Below, piece by piece: positions 45,750 through 57,669 of a stretch of DNA of 64,000 bases. A program made the translations under genes and the position numbers. Each line of letters opens with the position of its first letter. Positions within the stretch are counted from its first letter, which is position 1. The DNA comes from Podarcis pityusensis (Eukaryota). The notes under the pieces were generated by a model that worked only from the letters and a program-made list of their open reading frames with translations, did no database searches and was not told the origin of the DNA. The stretch lies in NCBI GenBank assembly GCA_964106645.2, contig OZ067050.1. One strand, 5' to 3'.

Positions 45750-47200
45750 TGATGTTTGACCAACAGTTGATGGTTAGAAAGCATACAATGCGCAGCGTCA
45801 GTTCCACACAATAGTTTTGTCTGATTGCAGCAACACATTGCCATGTCATGTTAAGTACCAGGCTCAGAGTCCAGGAGAAGATGAAGTTTAGCAGAGGAGC
45901 CTCCATATTCTAAGCAACTTCAGCAATTAATCAAAATATTTTGTTTCCTTTTCTATCTTTCCCATCACCCTCTTCTCTGAGCGGTATTTGGTATTTGACC
46001 AGTCAGTTACGACAACTGACCTGTCAGATGTTGGTGACATGCAATCAATCATCAAATATTGAAAGTTTCAGGTAGAACAGTAACAGAAGCTGAGAATTGT
46101 AAATAAATTCCAGAATTCAGCTCTTCCTACAACCTTTACAAAACATCATACCAAATCATGTGTCCTCTCATTTCTACAACAAATACAGCAAATGATGAGA
46201 CCTCTTCCTAGGCACTTGTGTAGGATTGCCAACTTTTGTTTATAAGCTAAATCTGGTACCTCAATATAAAAATTTACAGTCACGGAAAGCTTACACCATT
46301 ACTTCCACGAATCAGAATCTGTTTATTGAAGAAGTAGTTCCTTCTAGGAACAGGTGCTTGCAGTCCTGCAATTAAGATAATCACTCTTCCGATCTTCACA
46401 CCTGAACTATCAGTTTCCAAGAGCCTTTTAAAGGCGCAGAGGATTAGAACTCCCCATGATCTGTCTAAAGGTCAGGAAGATTAACACACCAAAGCACATT
46501 CAGTGCTCTCCAACAAAATTGTGATCTTTTGACTCCAAAACACAGACACTCCTTTACAAGGGTGCTAATGGAGTGGTCCCATATATCTCATAGTGCAGGT
46601 CTCTCTCCCTGGCAAGCCATGATTTTCAGCTATTCAGTGCTGATAATCTCAAGAGTTGTCCAAATTTCTAGGCATGATTGGGAGAGCTCCTGCATCAGCA
46701 GCGTTGCTAAGTTGGTGGTCTTCGTGAATCTGGGTGTTGACAATTATAGTTTCCTATACCCTGAAGGTGATGTGCAAAGAAACCGACTTGCCAGTTCTCT
46801 GAAATTTTAAGGTTGATATCACTCCTTAGGAATTCGCTTTCTTACGATTCACTTGCCATTATACAAAACAGCTGTATCTTGATGAAACTTTAGAAAATTT
46901 GTCAAGCTGTCATGGATGGTGTTTACTATATCAAATAAGCATTTTGCAAGAGAGCTCCTCTGCATGTTAATGAAACCTTCCAAAACTTGGACTGTTAAAT
47001 CAAAAGTGCATTTTAAAGGACACTGGTATTTTTACAAGTGGCCTGGTATTTCCTCTGCACAGTTTTGCATTTTAAATCATTGCTTCCACTGGAAGTATTT
47101 AAGAATTAATTCAACATACTACAAAGCTGTTCACCAAATATATTGCCACTCATGGGATATAGCAGCCTCAATTCCACAATAAACTTCTACCTGTAAGTAA
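45750..47200 (-). mobile_element. Highly decayed L1/Tx1-type LINE ORF2 relic
   Basis: Ordered motif ghosts across stops and frameshifts: AVLYNGK, LSNAAD (cf. LSLYADD), RYMG (cf. KYLG), GRVIILIAGLQA (cf. GRxxLIxSVLxA), EVPDL (cf. GLGxPDL), KTIVWN*RC (cf. KxxIWxxRN). Confidence 0.5.
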
Positions 47201-47414
47201 TCAAGTGTTCTCTCGTTAGATAATAATACTTCCCCAGGTGTCCAATCTGATTTAACTTGTTTCATCCCAGTCTCCAGAAAGATTTAAGTATAGCTTTATG
47301 TTCTGAATTATTTGTTTTATGCTGCTGCATAATAACTTACGTAACTGTGGCTGTTTTTATTGATTTTCACATTTTATTTACTTTCTCATCAGGTGCATTG
47401 TGCATCCAAGAAGT

Positions 47415-47840
47415 GGTGTATGGTCATAGTCTCATTGCTGAGCAAAACTTAGTGGAGTCGGAGGCCAGCCAATCAGAATTGTCTCTGACACGTACTTGCC
47501 TGTGGGCAGAGTCAGCATCCAAAGTAAGTTGCACTCCTAGGGTCAGGCAAACAACAATCCATGTGGTCAGACGGTGCAGGGGTTAGGAAATCCGATGATC
47601 AGGGAGTCAAGGATCAAGACAAGCAGGAAGCAGCAAGGTAGGACCAGGAACTACAAGCATTGTTAACAGCTTCTGACTGCTGCTGGAAGCTCTGCTTAAG
47701 AAGGCTGAAGCCTGCTGGTTCTCATCAGCACCTTCTCCCCTGTGCCCTTGAAGGCTGATCAGCTGCAGGTGGAGTCCCTCTGCCTTCTCCCCCTTCAGGC
47801 TGCTTGTTCAGCAGGCGAAGCTGACTCCTCGCCCATAACA
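47415..47840 (-). mobile_element. Possible solo LTR
   Basis: Minus strand starts TGTTATGGG, with LTR-like CAGCTG and CAGG-rich body; left boundary uncertain. Confidence 0.4.
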
Positions 47841-49091
47841 CATATCAGTATGATATAAATAGAAATACGCAAATACAGTTGTTTAGATTTTGGTAATAGG
47901 TTGATAATAAGTTGTAAGAAATAACGGAAATTTTCTTTTCTACACAGCACTTAACAGTTCAGGAGGCCTGTCTTCCTTAGCTATTTGCTCTGTCTTTCTC
48001 TTAAAAATAACAACCTTAAACAAACAAAATAGAAAATTGTGGTGATGCAAGTGTTTCAATCCAGCTTAGGTTGGGACACTTGTAAGTCCTGCCCCACTAA
48101 GTGCTTATCCACACTGACATTTCCTTCACTCTTTCTAGTCTCAGTCCATACTTTAAATCTCCATGTCTGAGGGCCCCCTCCCTTTTTTGCACTGGAACTT
48201 TCCCCATGAAAACCTGCTTTTTAAAGCTCAGTTGGATCAAATAGCAATCTGCGGAAAGCTCAAATTCACATTTGCTCCAGTTGAGCACTAAAGAGCAGCT
48301 TTCAGCAGGGAAAGCTTGGGGAGGGGAAGGACAGACACTTGGACTTGAGCTTTTAAGCATGGACCTTTGCCTGGAAAGAGTGGGGCAAAAAAAAAGTGTA
48401 GATAAGTCCTAAATGAAGACCTATGATCCCACTGATCTGATACTTTCTCTAAAGCTGTACATTTTAAACTGAAGCTGAGTTTGGTGTGAGCCAAGGGCGG
48501 GGACATGTCCATCACCCTGGTTGCAGAACAAAAATTATCTGGGTACATTTAAAACCAGCCAGCGGCTTTACTCAGCTTTACTTAGTTTACTGTGTTTTGA
48601 ACATAACTCTCCCTGCCCTGCCAGTTCCAGTAATTCACTCCTGGGGCTGACAGTTTTATGACTCCCTCATGTCACTCTTCTCTCCAGTGTCTGCCAGCCC
48701 CAGTTTGCAAATAATATATTTTAGAGCAGCTGAAGGAGACACAGTGACACTGGCAATGGATGGCCCATGGATATGGGGCAGAGAGAAAGTCATCACTTTC
48801 CCCACCCTGAGATATTTATTTGCACATCACTCAATTCATTTAAATATATGCTGATACAAAATCAGCTGTTGACTGCTGTTGCAGCCACATGTAGAGTGCA
48901 TGTGTACAAGGGTGTGAATGGGTACCACCTGTATTTATGTGGATTAATCAAAATATTGGCCTGTTTTTACGAGTGTTTGATTAATTGCAAAAGTAGCCAG
49001 TTAAATTCAGCAAATGAATATATATACTTTATATTAACATATACCTTTTTTTAAAAAAAACAGTTCTTGTGGGATGTTAGCATCCAAAATG

Positions 49092-49415
49092 TACCTTATT
49101 TTTCTGTGTATAACACCCCCCATGTATAAGACGACCGCCAAAAGCCCACCTGCACATTCAAAGCAACAACAGCCAATTGCATCATGCCTCGCCACTGCTG
49201 CAAATAGTCCGCCCTATTGCCGCCGCCGCAGCAGCCAATCGTCAGCAGGCCTTGCCACAGCAACCAATCACACACCCAATTGTTGCTGCCCATCTCCTGC
49301 TGGCTGCTGGCACCACTCGCCTGTCCCCCCCACTGCTATCCGTGTATATGACGACCCACAATTTTTGCCTATTATTTCGAAGGAAAAAATATCGTCTTAT
49401 ACATAGAAAAATACA
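49092..49415. mobile_element. Tc1/mariner (Tc2/pogo-like) MITE
   Basis: TATTTTTCTGTGTATAA...GTATAAGACGAC and CGTCTTATACATAGAAAAATAC inverted ends. Confidence 0.7.
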
Positions 49416-49439
49416 CTTATTTGTAAAGTGAGGTCCCAA

Positions 49440-49820
49440 CCAAAGAAGAATGGCAATTTAATTGACAGAATATGCACAGCTTGCAGACTTAACATATAAA
49501 ATACGAAAACAAGAAGAACATATGTTTAGAGAAGATTGGAAAAGGTTTATTGAATATATGGGAAACAATTGTGTACAGCTGAAAACGCTGGCAGCATTAA
49601 GATAAATTCAAAAGTGTAAATAAGCTTTGATGGATGCAATAATGGAATACTGAATGGTATAGTTTTATATTTGTGATATGTAATATGATTTGTGATATGA
49701 TTTATGATATGTAAAATGAACCATGGAAAGAGAAGGGAAGTCATTGATATCTTAAGGATGTAAAAATAAGTATTTTAAATTGTAAAACAGAAAATTTAAC
49801 AAAAATTATATACAAAAAAC
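49440..49820 (+). mobile_element. L1 LINE 3' end
   Basis: EYAQLADLTYKIRKQEEHMFREDWKRFIEYM (L1 ORF2 C-terminus style), AT-rich UTR and A-rich tail. Confidence 0.7.
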
Positions 49821-50627
49821 CAAAATGTGTTTGTAAAGAGCGATTGTTTGAAAGGGCTGTGCAATCTTCCTCAAAGCCTTGTGACCCCAAATGTGAGCTC
49901 TCTCTCCTTTAGAGAATCAACAAAGAGGAAGCATAGGGTGGGGTGAGAGTATTTTTCTCCCACCCACCCACTGTGTCTGTTGTCAGCTGTGGGTTATATT
50001 TAGCAGGTGCGTGAGAGGACGCCGGGGCAAAGCCAAATTGGCTGCTTGTTAATCGTTTCCGGTTACAGCTGCTTTTGGATGTTCATGTTTCGAAGCCTAT
50101 GGAGCCTCATGCGACACACGGCTCAAGAAGCCAGGAAGCCTTTGGGGTGCAGAGCAAGAGCGCATCCCCCATAAGCCCGCTCTCAGAAGAGCAGTTATGT
50201 TGGCAAGGGCTCGTCCTGCCTGGCGATTGGCATTGGTGAGCATGGGTATCATTAAGACTGCCTTGGGAAATGTCTGTCCTGAAGCAATGCAGAAGCCAGT
50301 TGCCCAGGCTGGGGGGCACACCTATCAATGGCGTGTATTGATTCAAATGTACCCATCATATCTTTGGCTGTCAGTTTCTAACTCTAATTCTGCACTCCCC
50401 AGTTCCCAAGCAGTGGGAAGTCAAAGTCAACTATTACAGCAGCTTTTCCCAGCCTGGTGCCCATCAGGTGTTTTGGACTACAACTCCCATCAGCCCTAGC
50501 TGGCTGAGACTCATGGAACTTGTAGTCCAAAGCAGCTGGAGGTCACCATTGCTGGCTGCATTACAGGATGTGTTTCTTGGCAAAATGAGAGCACCAACTA
50601 TATACAAAGTTTTCATAATATAATCTC

Positions 50628-50633
50628 TTTATT
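50628..50633 (-). terminator. Candidate poly(A) signal of the SBK-like gene
   Basis: AATAAA on the minus strand ~890 nt after the stop. Confidence 0.4.
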
Positions 50634-51520
50634 TACAAATGTACAAGTTGAATGGGTATTACAGCAGCATATAAACAAGCATATAGGTAGGCAATACTAC
50701 TAATACTCTTAATTATATGCCACCCATCTGACTGGGTTGCCCCAGCCGCTCTGGGTGACTTTCCAGCAAAACATTGCTAGACCCACAGCAACATCAATTC
50801 TAGACCTCCAAATCATCTCCTTGGTGACTCTGCTAGTCAAAGATCAAACTGCTCCTTACATCTCTTCTGCATCACTCTCTCTCTCCATTGGATATGACTT
50901 GTCAAGAGACAGTCCATCCATGGTGGCTGGAAAGAGCACAAAGAGCAGCGTTAACTGCTCATCAATGTCCACTGTCACATCAGCAGACTTTGTGGTCACC
51001 ATGATTGACAACCATACAGAGGTCTTGTAAATCTGACCATTGTTGCTGGCCCCTCATTCCCAATCTAGTCACACATAATTTTAGTCCACCCCCATTTCGT
51101 CTAATTCAGGGTGAGTGATAGACACCAAGGTTTCGTTGCCTTTTAGATGTAAGTCTATTTGGTTCCTTTCCATTCAATGAAGTGGCCAGTTATTGACCCA
51201 GGATGGACTAAAATCAAGTCTTTTTAATCTCTGATCCAGAATCGGGACTAGAGAGTGACCCTCCTAAGATGAAAATCACATATGTGGGAGAGGAATGATT
51301 CCCTAAAGTTTCTCCTGCCCTGCCGACAGCTTGCTCTGTTTTCTGAGGATAACAGTCTTTTTCTCTGTTTCCCTAGCTTGACTGTGCTTTCTCTTTTCCC
51401 TCAGGAACAATGAGGTGACTTGGTTTGGTGATGTGCATGGTGTCTTTGGTCCTTCAATGGCTAAGGCTAGGTTTGGGATTGGTGCCACCCCTCCCTGCTT
51501 CACACATATGGCCTAGATTA

Positions 51521-52114
51521 TTAGCAGCGCCGGCTGGTGCCAAGAAGATCTCTGCTAGGCCGAACACAGCTCTGGGCCTCTGGGAGCAACCAAGGCACTT
51601 TGATATAATTCATCACCTCCTTGGCTGGGCTACGCTGAGACGCGTCGGGCATCAACAGTCCCCGCAGCATCTCCAATGCCTGGGGAGTAAAACGCCCCCA
51701 ATGGGGTGGGCGCGGGGAAAAGCGGGGGCTGCGATGCCAGCAGACAAATTTGCGGTAGTACCGGTCAGCAGGTACAGCTGTGAGCCAGGGGAAGTAGCCG
51801 GTTAGCACGCAGAAGAGCAGCACTCCCAGGGACCATGTGTCAAGGCTGGGCTGGGCCTCCAAACGAGCTTTGGGGCCCAGCGTGCTCAACTCGGGGGCCG
51901 TGTATGGTAGGCTCTCTGGCAAAGCCTCAATGGCCCGGCCTCGCGGGCAGCTCAGCCCAAAGTCGGTCAGCTTGATGCGGCGGCACTCCGGGTCACACAG
52001 CAGCACATTCTCTGGTTTGACATCGCGATGCACCAGCCCCTTCGTTTCCATGTACTCAAGGGCACTGGCAAGCTGCAGGGCGCAGCGCTTGACCCGCTGC
52101 TCAGGCACACCAAC
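51521..52114 (-). CDS. SBK-family Ser/Thr kinase, last coding exon
   Basis: CCAG|GTTGGT acceptor; VGVPEQRVKRCALQLASALEY...HRDVKPENVLL...DFG...PYTAPE...LTGYFPW. Confidence 0.93.
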   Translation of the reverse strand, partial: VGVPEQRVKRCALQLASALEYMETKGLVHRDVKPENVLLCDPECRRIKLTDFGLSCPRGRAIEALPESLPYTAPELSTLGPKARLEAQPSLDTWSLGVLLFCVLTGYFPWLTAVPADRYYRKFVCWHRSPRFSPRPPHWGRFTPQALEMLRGLLMPDASQRSPAKEVMNYIKVPWLLPEAQSCVRPSRDLLGTSRRC

Positions 52115-52804
52115 CTGGAGGAAGTAAAGGAGAGATGAAAGTCACATGTGCAGCCACACAAATTCCCTGAAGGTAGAAACATCTCCAGGCTCCATTCCTC
52201 AGTTCTCTGATAGGGCTAGGCGCTAACTGCTTTTCAACATCATGATATATCACCAGCTAAATATTGTGATATACCAATATATCACAATGTCTGGAATAAG
52301 GATGAAACTATGTAGAGATAAACAGTGGGCTGGGGGATACCTGGTTTTCAACACTGTAATATATCACAGTGTCTGAAATATATGTAGAGGCATTGGCTGG
52401 CATCATGGGTTTTCCCACATCGTGATTTTTGCATAGCACACAAACACACATCATGATTCACAATATATTTTCATGTCAAAAATTATGAAACTAATATCAT
52501 GATATGGACTTCATTCTCTGGTGTGCTCAAGCAGGGATAGATTATATTGTTGGAAGTCTTAGGGCAGCTATATGCTTGGGTCCTCTTTCGAGGTTCATGA
52601 TTGATCCCCTTTGCATTAACAACTTCCATTCAGTTCAGTTGCCTAAGTCAAGATGAGTGGATGCACTCTTATCTAGTCTTTTTAAGCACTTGCTCTCAGG
52701 CAGCTTTCCAGAACTTGAAAAGGAGCCAGTGAGGAATAAAATAGTGCATATGCACTTGTAAGGCTGGCTGTATCTTGTGTTTCTGTGATCATGTGTTGTA
52801 AGTA

Positions 52805-53030
52805 CAGTGGTACCTCGGGTTACATACGCTTCAGGTTATAGACTCCGCTAACCCAGAAATAGTGCTTCAGGTTAAGAACTTTGCTTCAGGATGAGAACAG
52901 AAATCGCGCTCCGGCGGCACAGCAGCAGGAGGAGGCCCCATTAGCTAAAGTGGTGCTTCAGGTTAAGAACAGCTTCAGGTTAAGTACGGACCTCCGGAAC
53001 GAATTAAGTACTTAACCCGAGGTGCCACTG
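52805..53030. mobile_element. Tc1/mariner MITE (AACCTGAAG family), intronic
   Basis: TA-CAGTGGTACCTCGGGTTA...TAACCCGAGGTGCCACTG-TA. Confidence 0.9.
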
Positions 53031-53613
53031 TATTGCATTTGATATCACATAAAAAAGACAGCATGCAGGGAAGCTTTTAAAATACATTTCTAATTTCTCA
53101 GGCATGAACAGTAGTTAGAAAGCTCAACTATACCTTTGACTAAAAAGCCCAATTGATTAAAGAAGCAGAAGACTTTTTAAAAATGCAAAAAATACAAGTG
53201 TTTATAAAAACTTCATATGGTGAGTACCATCTTCAAAGAGGCATTGTCTCTTCTCAGGCAGGAGGAATGCCTCTTCTTAAAAGATGTTTTCTGCTGAAAA
53301 CTAAAGGTAGCATGCATCTCGCTTCAGAAATATTGTTTTGACCTATATGCAGATTTAACCAACAGAGTAATCAGCTGCAACTCATAGGCAATCTTATTAC
53401 TACAGGTGGTCCTGGCAGTGAAAACCAGCCTGGTACTATTCCATGATTTGAAATGACGTGGGAGTAGGGGGGAAAGGGGCCTACAAGCAAAGAAACTCCA
53501 TTCTCTCACATCTTTCTCCTCCACCATAACTTTTCGAAAAGCATGGAATGGGGTGGGAAGCTGCCAACTACAGAAGGCATGTGGTCTGTGTCCATGCCTG
53601 GTGGGTTTGTTAC

Positions 53614-53816
53614 CTGTGGAACCATGAGCGAGAAGAGGTCACTGGCCAAAGCCAACTCCTGTGCAAAGACATAGTGTTTGGGGGTCTGGAAAGCAATCCC
53701 AAGGGCAGTGGCAATGCAGGGATGGGCCCCCAAAGTCAGCGCAATGCAGTATTCATTCACGAAATCTAGCAATTCTGTAGCCTTCTTGTGTACAAATTTC
53801 AGTGCCATGGGTGTTC
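53614..53816 (-). CDS. SBK-family kinase, second coding exon
   Basis: TTGCAG|GAACA acceptor, CAG|GTAACA donor; GTPMALKF...FVNEY...YVFAQE...DLF; 203 nt, phase 1-0. Confidence 0.92.
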
Positions 53817-55072
53817 CTGCAAGAGAGAAGAGAAGTGGTTCCTCCAGATGACCAATTTATTAAACATTCATCCTGATTTGCTGACACAAAGCTTACACGG
53901 AGGTTAGACTATGTCTGATTTTTACTTATTAAGCATTTGTGCTGATTTGTTTGCAGGGCGGTTATAGGACAATGAGCAATTATTCTGCATTCATCTTGAT
54001 TTGCTTACGGAGTCCTTATCAGCCTCCCCATTAATTGTTCTTTTATCCTACACTCTCCAATGTTCTTCCCTGCCACTTTCATAGTGGGAAAAAGTCAGTT
54101 TCTTATTTAAAGTGGATTTATTGTGCTAGGGCAACAGAGTGCTTCAGTCCACCTAAATGTGCCAAACTAAATTTATGAAATGTGCTTGGATCCCTCCCAC
54201 AAAACAATGGCAACCGGGAGGCAGCCAAGAGACCCTTGGCCCCTGAAAGAGAGGAGAAAATATAAAGGACTTGAGTGCCCCCCAAGGACATTCCACATCA
54301 AACAAGCTAGTCTCACATTTTGCTCTTGTGGTGCAAAAGCGAACACAATTCTTTTCAGCAAAACAACAACATGCTATCAATTTAAATGATGCTGCTTTAG
54401 ATCCAGTATAACTTATTTCAACCAGACAGTTCAACCATGACTTCATTTCCCATTGATTTTAGAAGGATCTACAGAGAAATCCTATATATGTCTACTCAGT
54501 ACCAGAAATAAATCCAAATGATGTAAGCAAGTACAGGATTAAAGTATAATTGCAACTACATAGATAGGGTCCATCCCAATACTTGAAAATCACCCTTGAA
54601 ACAATAATGGAGAGAATAATTCAAAGATTATAGGAGACTACGTTCACCATTCTGCAGGTATAACAACATCCCCTATTTTCTCTGAAAATGCAAGTGGCAC
54701 GTACATTTCCTTGTGTAGACTAGCAAAAAAAGAGATGTTGGTATTTCTTCTTTTTCAGGAGACAGACAGATCTACATTTCTTCAGAGTAGAATGCAAGCT
54801 TTCCAGAGCTGGGAACGGATGAGTTCTGTTCTCCTCAGAAAGGATCCTGTTAACTCTCTTTAGATGGACTCTCCACTCTCACCCCAGAAATCTATTCAAC
54901 TGACACTTTCTAACGGCCACTTCACCAACATTCTAGAAGAACCTTCTCGGCCCCTTCAGGTAGAATAACATGGACTGATTTACACACATATCTTACACCT
55001 AAGTTCTCTCATAGTTCAGTGATCTGTTTTGTAGCCTTCTCTGCCTCTCCATCCTCTTGGGTTCTGACCTAC

Positions 55073-55235
55073 CTTGGCGTTGGTGGACTGCCATCAGCAC
55101 ATGCCCATAGGAGCCACTGCCAAGCTCTCGGAGGACAGTGTAACTCGTAGCCACCTCCACCTGGGGCAGGTTCTGAGAAGTCAACAACACCATCTCTTCA
55201 AGTCGTTTTGCGATGTCACCAGAGACGAGCTTCAT
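55073..55235 (-). CDS. SBK-family kinase, first coding exon
   Basis: AACAG|CCATGAAG; MKLVSGDIAKRLEEM...LGSGSYGHV; AAG|GTAGGT donor; full protein 319 aa. Confidence 0.9.
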
Positions 55236-56207
55236 GGCTGTTCAGGAGGAGCGACAGAAGAGACTTGGGGTGAATGCAAAAAGACCACTGACCAACTGCC
55301 AATGTACCCTTCTGCATGTACACTTTTTTTGTGGGTGCCAGGTGACTAAAATGCATAGCAGGAATTGGGGCAGCGGTCACCCTTCTGCATTGAAGGCAAA
55401 AGGCCCAATGAGAAAGAAATAATTGGAGAGGCATTTTTCCTGTGCCTTCCGAAGTAAACAGTAGATCTAGGAATAGCCATTTCCATGAAACAGACTCTCA
55501 TGAAACTGGACCATTCTGCATAACACAGGGGGAAAGGCCTGCAACGCTATAAAGACTGCACAATTGCCCATTCACCTTGATAGGTTCAGACAGCACAAGG
55601 CAACCGTAATTATGTTATCTCACTACTGCAGATGGTCCCTTCCTTTCTATAGAAAGGGGGGTCATTTGTTACCCAACATGATGTTTTCCCTCCCCACACT
55701 TCCTTGCTCCTGAAACAGCATGTATTGCCATGTGAGAGCAATGATTCCGTTTTTTGGCATGGAATCAGAAATGATGACACCAGAGTGTTTACATAACCAG
55801 ACACCCCAGGTATTGGGCTTTGCATCAGCTGCCTCTGATGGACAGCCAGATGCTGCCCAACTCTGGTGGAGCAAGACACAAAATGAGACTCAGTGCAGAG
55901 TCCTGTGCCAGATGAGGGATGATTGCAAAAAGGTTTGTGATGCTGGAGTTCTGACCTGGTGAGTGTAAAGAAAGGAGCACTTCTAACAGTGTGCAGAGTG
56001 CTTTTGTTCACAGCAACCACAACCAATGCTTACATATTTGGGATCTGGGGGAAACACTTAGGGGGCAGAGAGTTTGATTAACAGGCAGCTGTGTTTCAGT
56101 CTCAGTACTCCTCACGTTAGACAAAACTGTGAGGACTGGGATGGCGGGGGTGGGGAATAACTTAAGGATGTTTTAGCTACAAACAACACAAATCATTCCT
56201 ATAATCA

Positions 56208-56347
56208 GGCCTTTTTTTCCCCTTCAGCTGGAACTCACAAGAATTCAGTTCCAACACCTTTCAAGTAGATGCTGTTGCCATTATAAGAGAACAAGGGAGG
56301 CATTTAGGGTGAGTTCCGGCACCTCATTTTCTAGAAAAATAGCGCTG
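56208..56347. mobile_element. Short interspersed repeat (hAT-like MITE), second copy at ~62167-62300
   Basis: Shared TTTTTT..CAGCTGGA...TTGCCATT..AAGAGAA...GGTGAGTT..GCACCTC...TAGAAAA. Confidence 0.65.
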
Positions 56348-56618
56348 CCTATAAAAAATGCATTTTTCTGCAAGTGGCTCTATTTGGCTTCCTCCCTTGG
56401 TGCAGGGTATAAAGCAAGAGAAAGACACTTAGGTTGCAATCTCATGCATAGGAGTGAGTCTTGAATTCAGTGGAACATGCTTCTGATTACACAGTTAAAG
56501 TCAAATGCACTCCCTAGCCTGTCAGTTTTGCACCTGAATTACAGTTACAGGAATTGCAAAGAGCACTCTAAACCTACTTGGCTTACCTACCTGCCAGGCC
56601 TCTAAGACACACACTTAC

Positions 56619-56945
56619 CTGCCACAATGGTGCTGGGGCACTTGTGCTTCTTCCTTTCAGAGTGTTTTGTTGACTGACTTGCTGTCTGTCTGTCTGTTTG
56701 GGACCTGCCATGTGGAGATCCTCATAGAGCCTTTTATAGCAGCCACTTCCCATCTGGTTCAGTCCAGTCGCATAAATAGGGAAGGCGGCCAAGCCACCCC
56801 CTCTCATCTCTTCTCTGCCCCAAAAGGTCAGGGCTCTGGAGTCCAGGCAGTTCCATGGGGCAGGATTAGCAGCCACTTAACAAGGTTATTTTTACCTACG
56901 CTTGCCCAGCTGCTGCTACGCATATGTCTATTTGTCCCAGATGTT
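56619..56945 (-). promoter_or_regulatory. Candidate promoter and noncoding exon 1 of the SBK-like gene
   Basis: TATAAAAG at 56738-56731; CAG|GTAAGT donor after 56619; E-boxes (CAGCTG 56907-56912, CAGATG, CATATG); MEF2-like GTAAAAATAACC at 56884-56895. Confidence 0.55.
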
Positions 56946-57444
56946 CCTGGAAAGAAGTGCTTGTCTCTTCTCGCTCTTCAAAGGCCCGGTGGTAGCTGAG
57001 CTTTGATGAGACAAAGTGTATCAGGCCAGAGAAGAAAGGCCACTGTGCCCTTAGAGATCCATCTTTTCATAACTTGCCAGGTAGCTGGTCACTGCCCCAG
57101 CCCCAGCCTCAACCTACAACCCATTGCAGAGCACATCAAACCAAATAATAATTATTGGTGACAAGCACTAAGCCTGAGAGATAATATATAACTTACTAGG
57201 GGCTGTGCACCAGCTCACTCTGCTCACTAACTCCCATCATGCCTCCCACACCAAACCCCTAGAGCTTCCCTTGCTTTGCACTTGCCCAACCCCATTTCCA
57301 AAGCCACTTTTCAATTCGGCAGTCCTGCTTTGTACCCATTTCCCACTTCACCTCCATGTCCATGCCTCTTCCCTTCTTCCTTTTGTGCACCCCCCCCCGC
57401 ACAAAAACCACCCTGCATCTTCCTCTTCCCACCCATTTCAACTA

Positions 57445-57669
57445 CAGTGGTACCTCGGGTTACATACACTTCAGGTTACATATGCTTCAGGTTACAGACT
57501 TCGCTAACCAAAAAATAGTACCTCGGGTTAAGAACTTTGCTTCAGGATGAGAACAGAAATTGTGCTCTGGCGGTGCGGCAGCAGTGGGAGGCCCCATTAG
57601 CTAAAGTGGTGCTTGAGGTTAAGAACGGACCTCCGGAACGAATTAAGTACTTAACCCGAGGTACCACTG
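57445..57669. mobile_element. Tc1/mariner MITE (AACCTGAAG family)
   Basis: Perfect TIR CAGTGGTACCTCGGGTTA / TAACCCGAGGTACCACTG, TA flanks. Confidence 0.9.

Noticed and set aside
41000-51000. C19orf85 or ISOC2 ortholog expected from human synteny
   Set aside because: No matching peptide recognised by eye; a tBLASTn search would be needed to exclude it.
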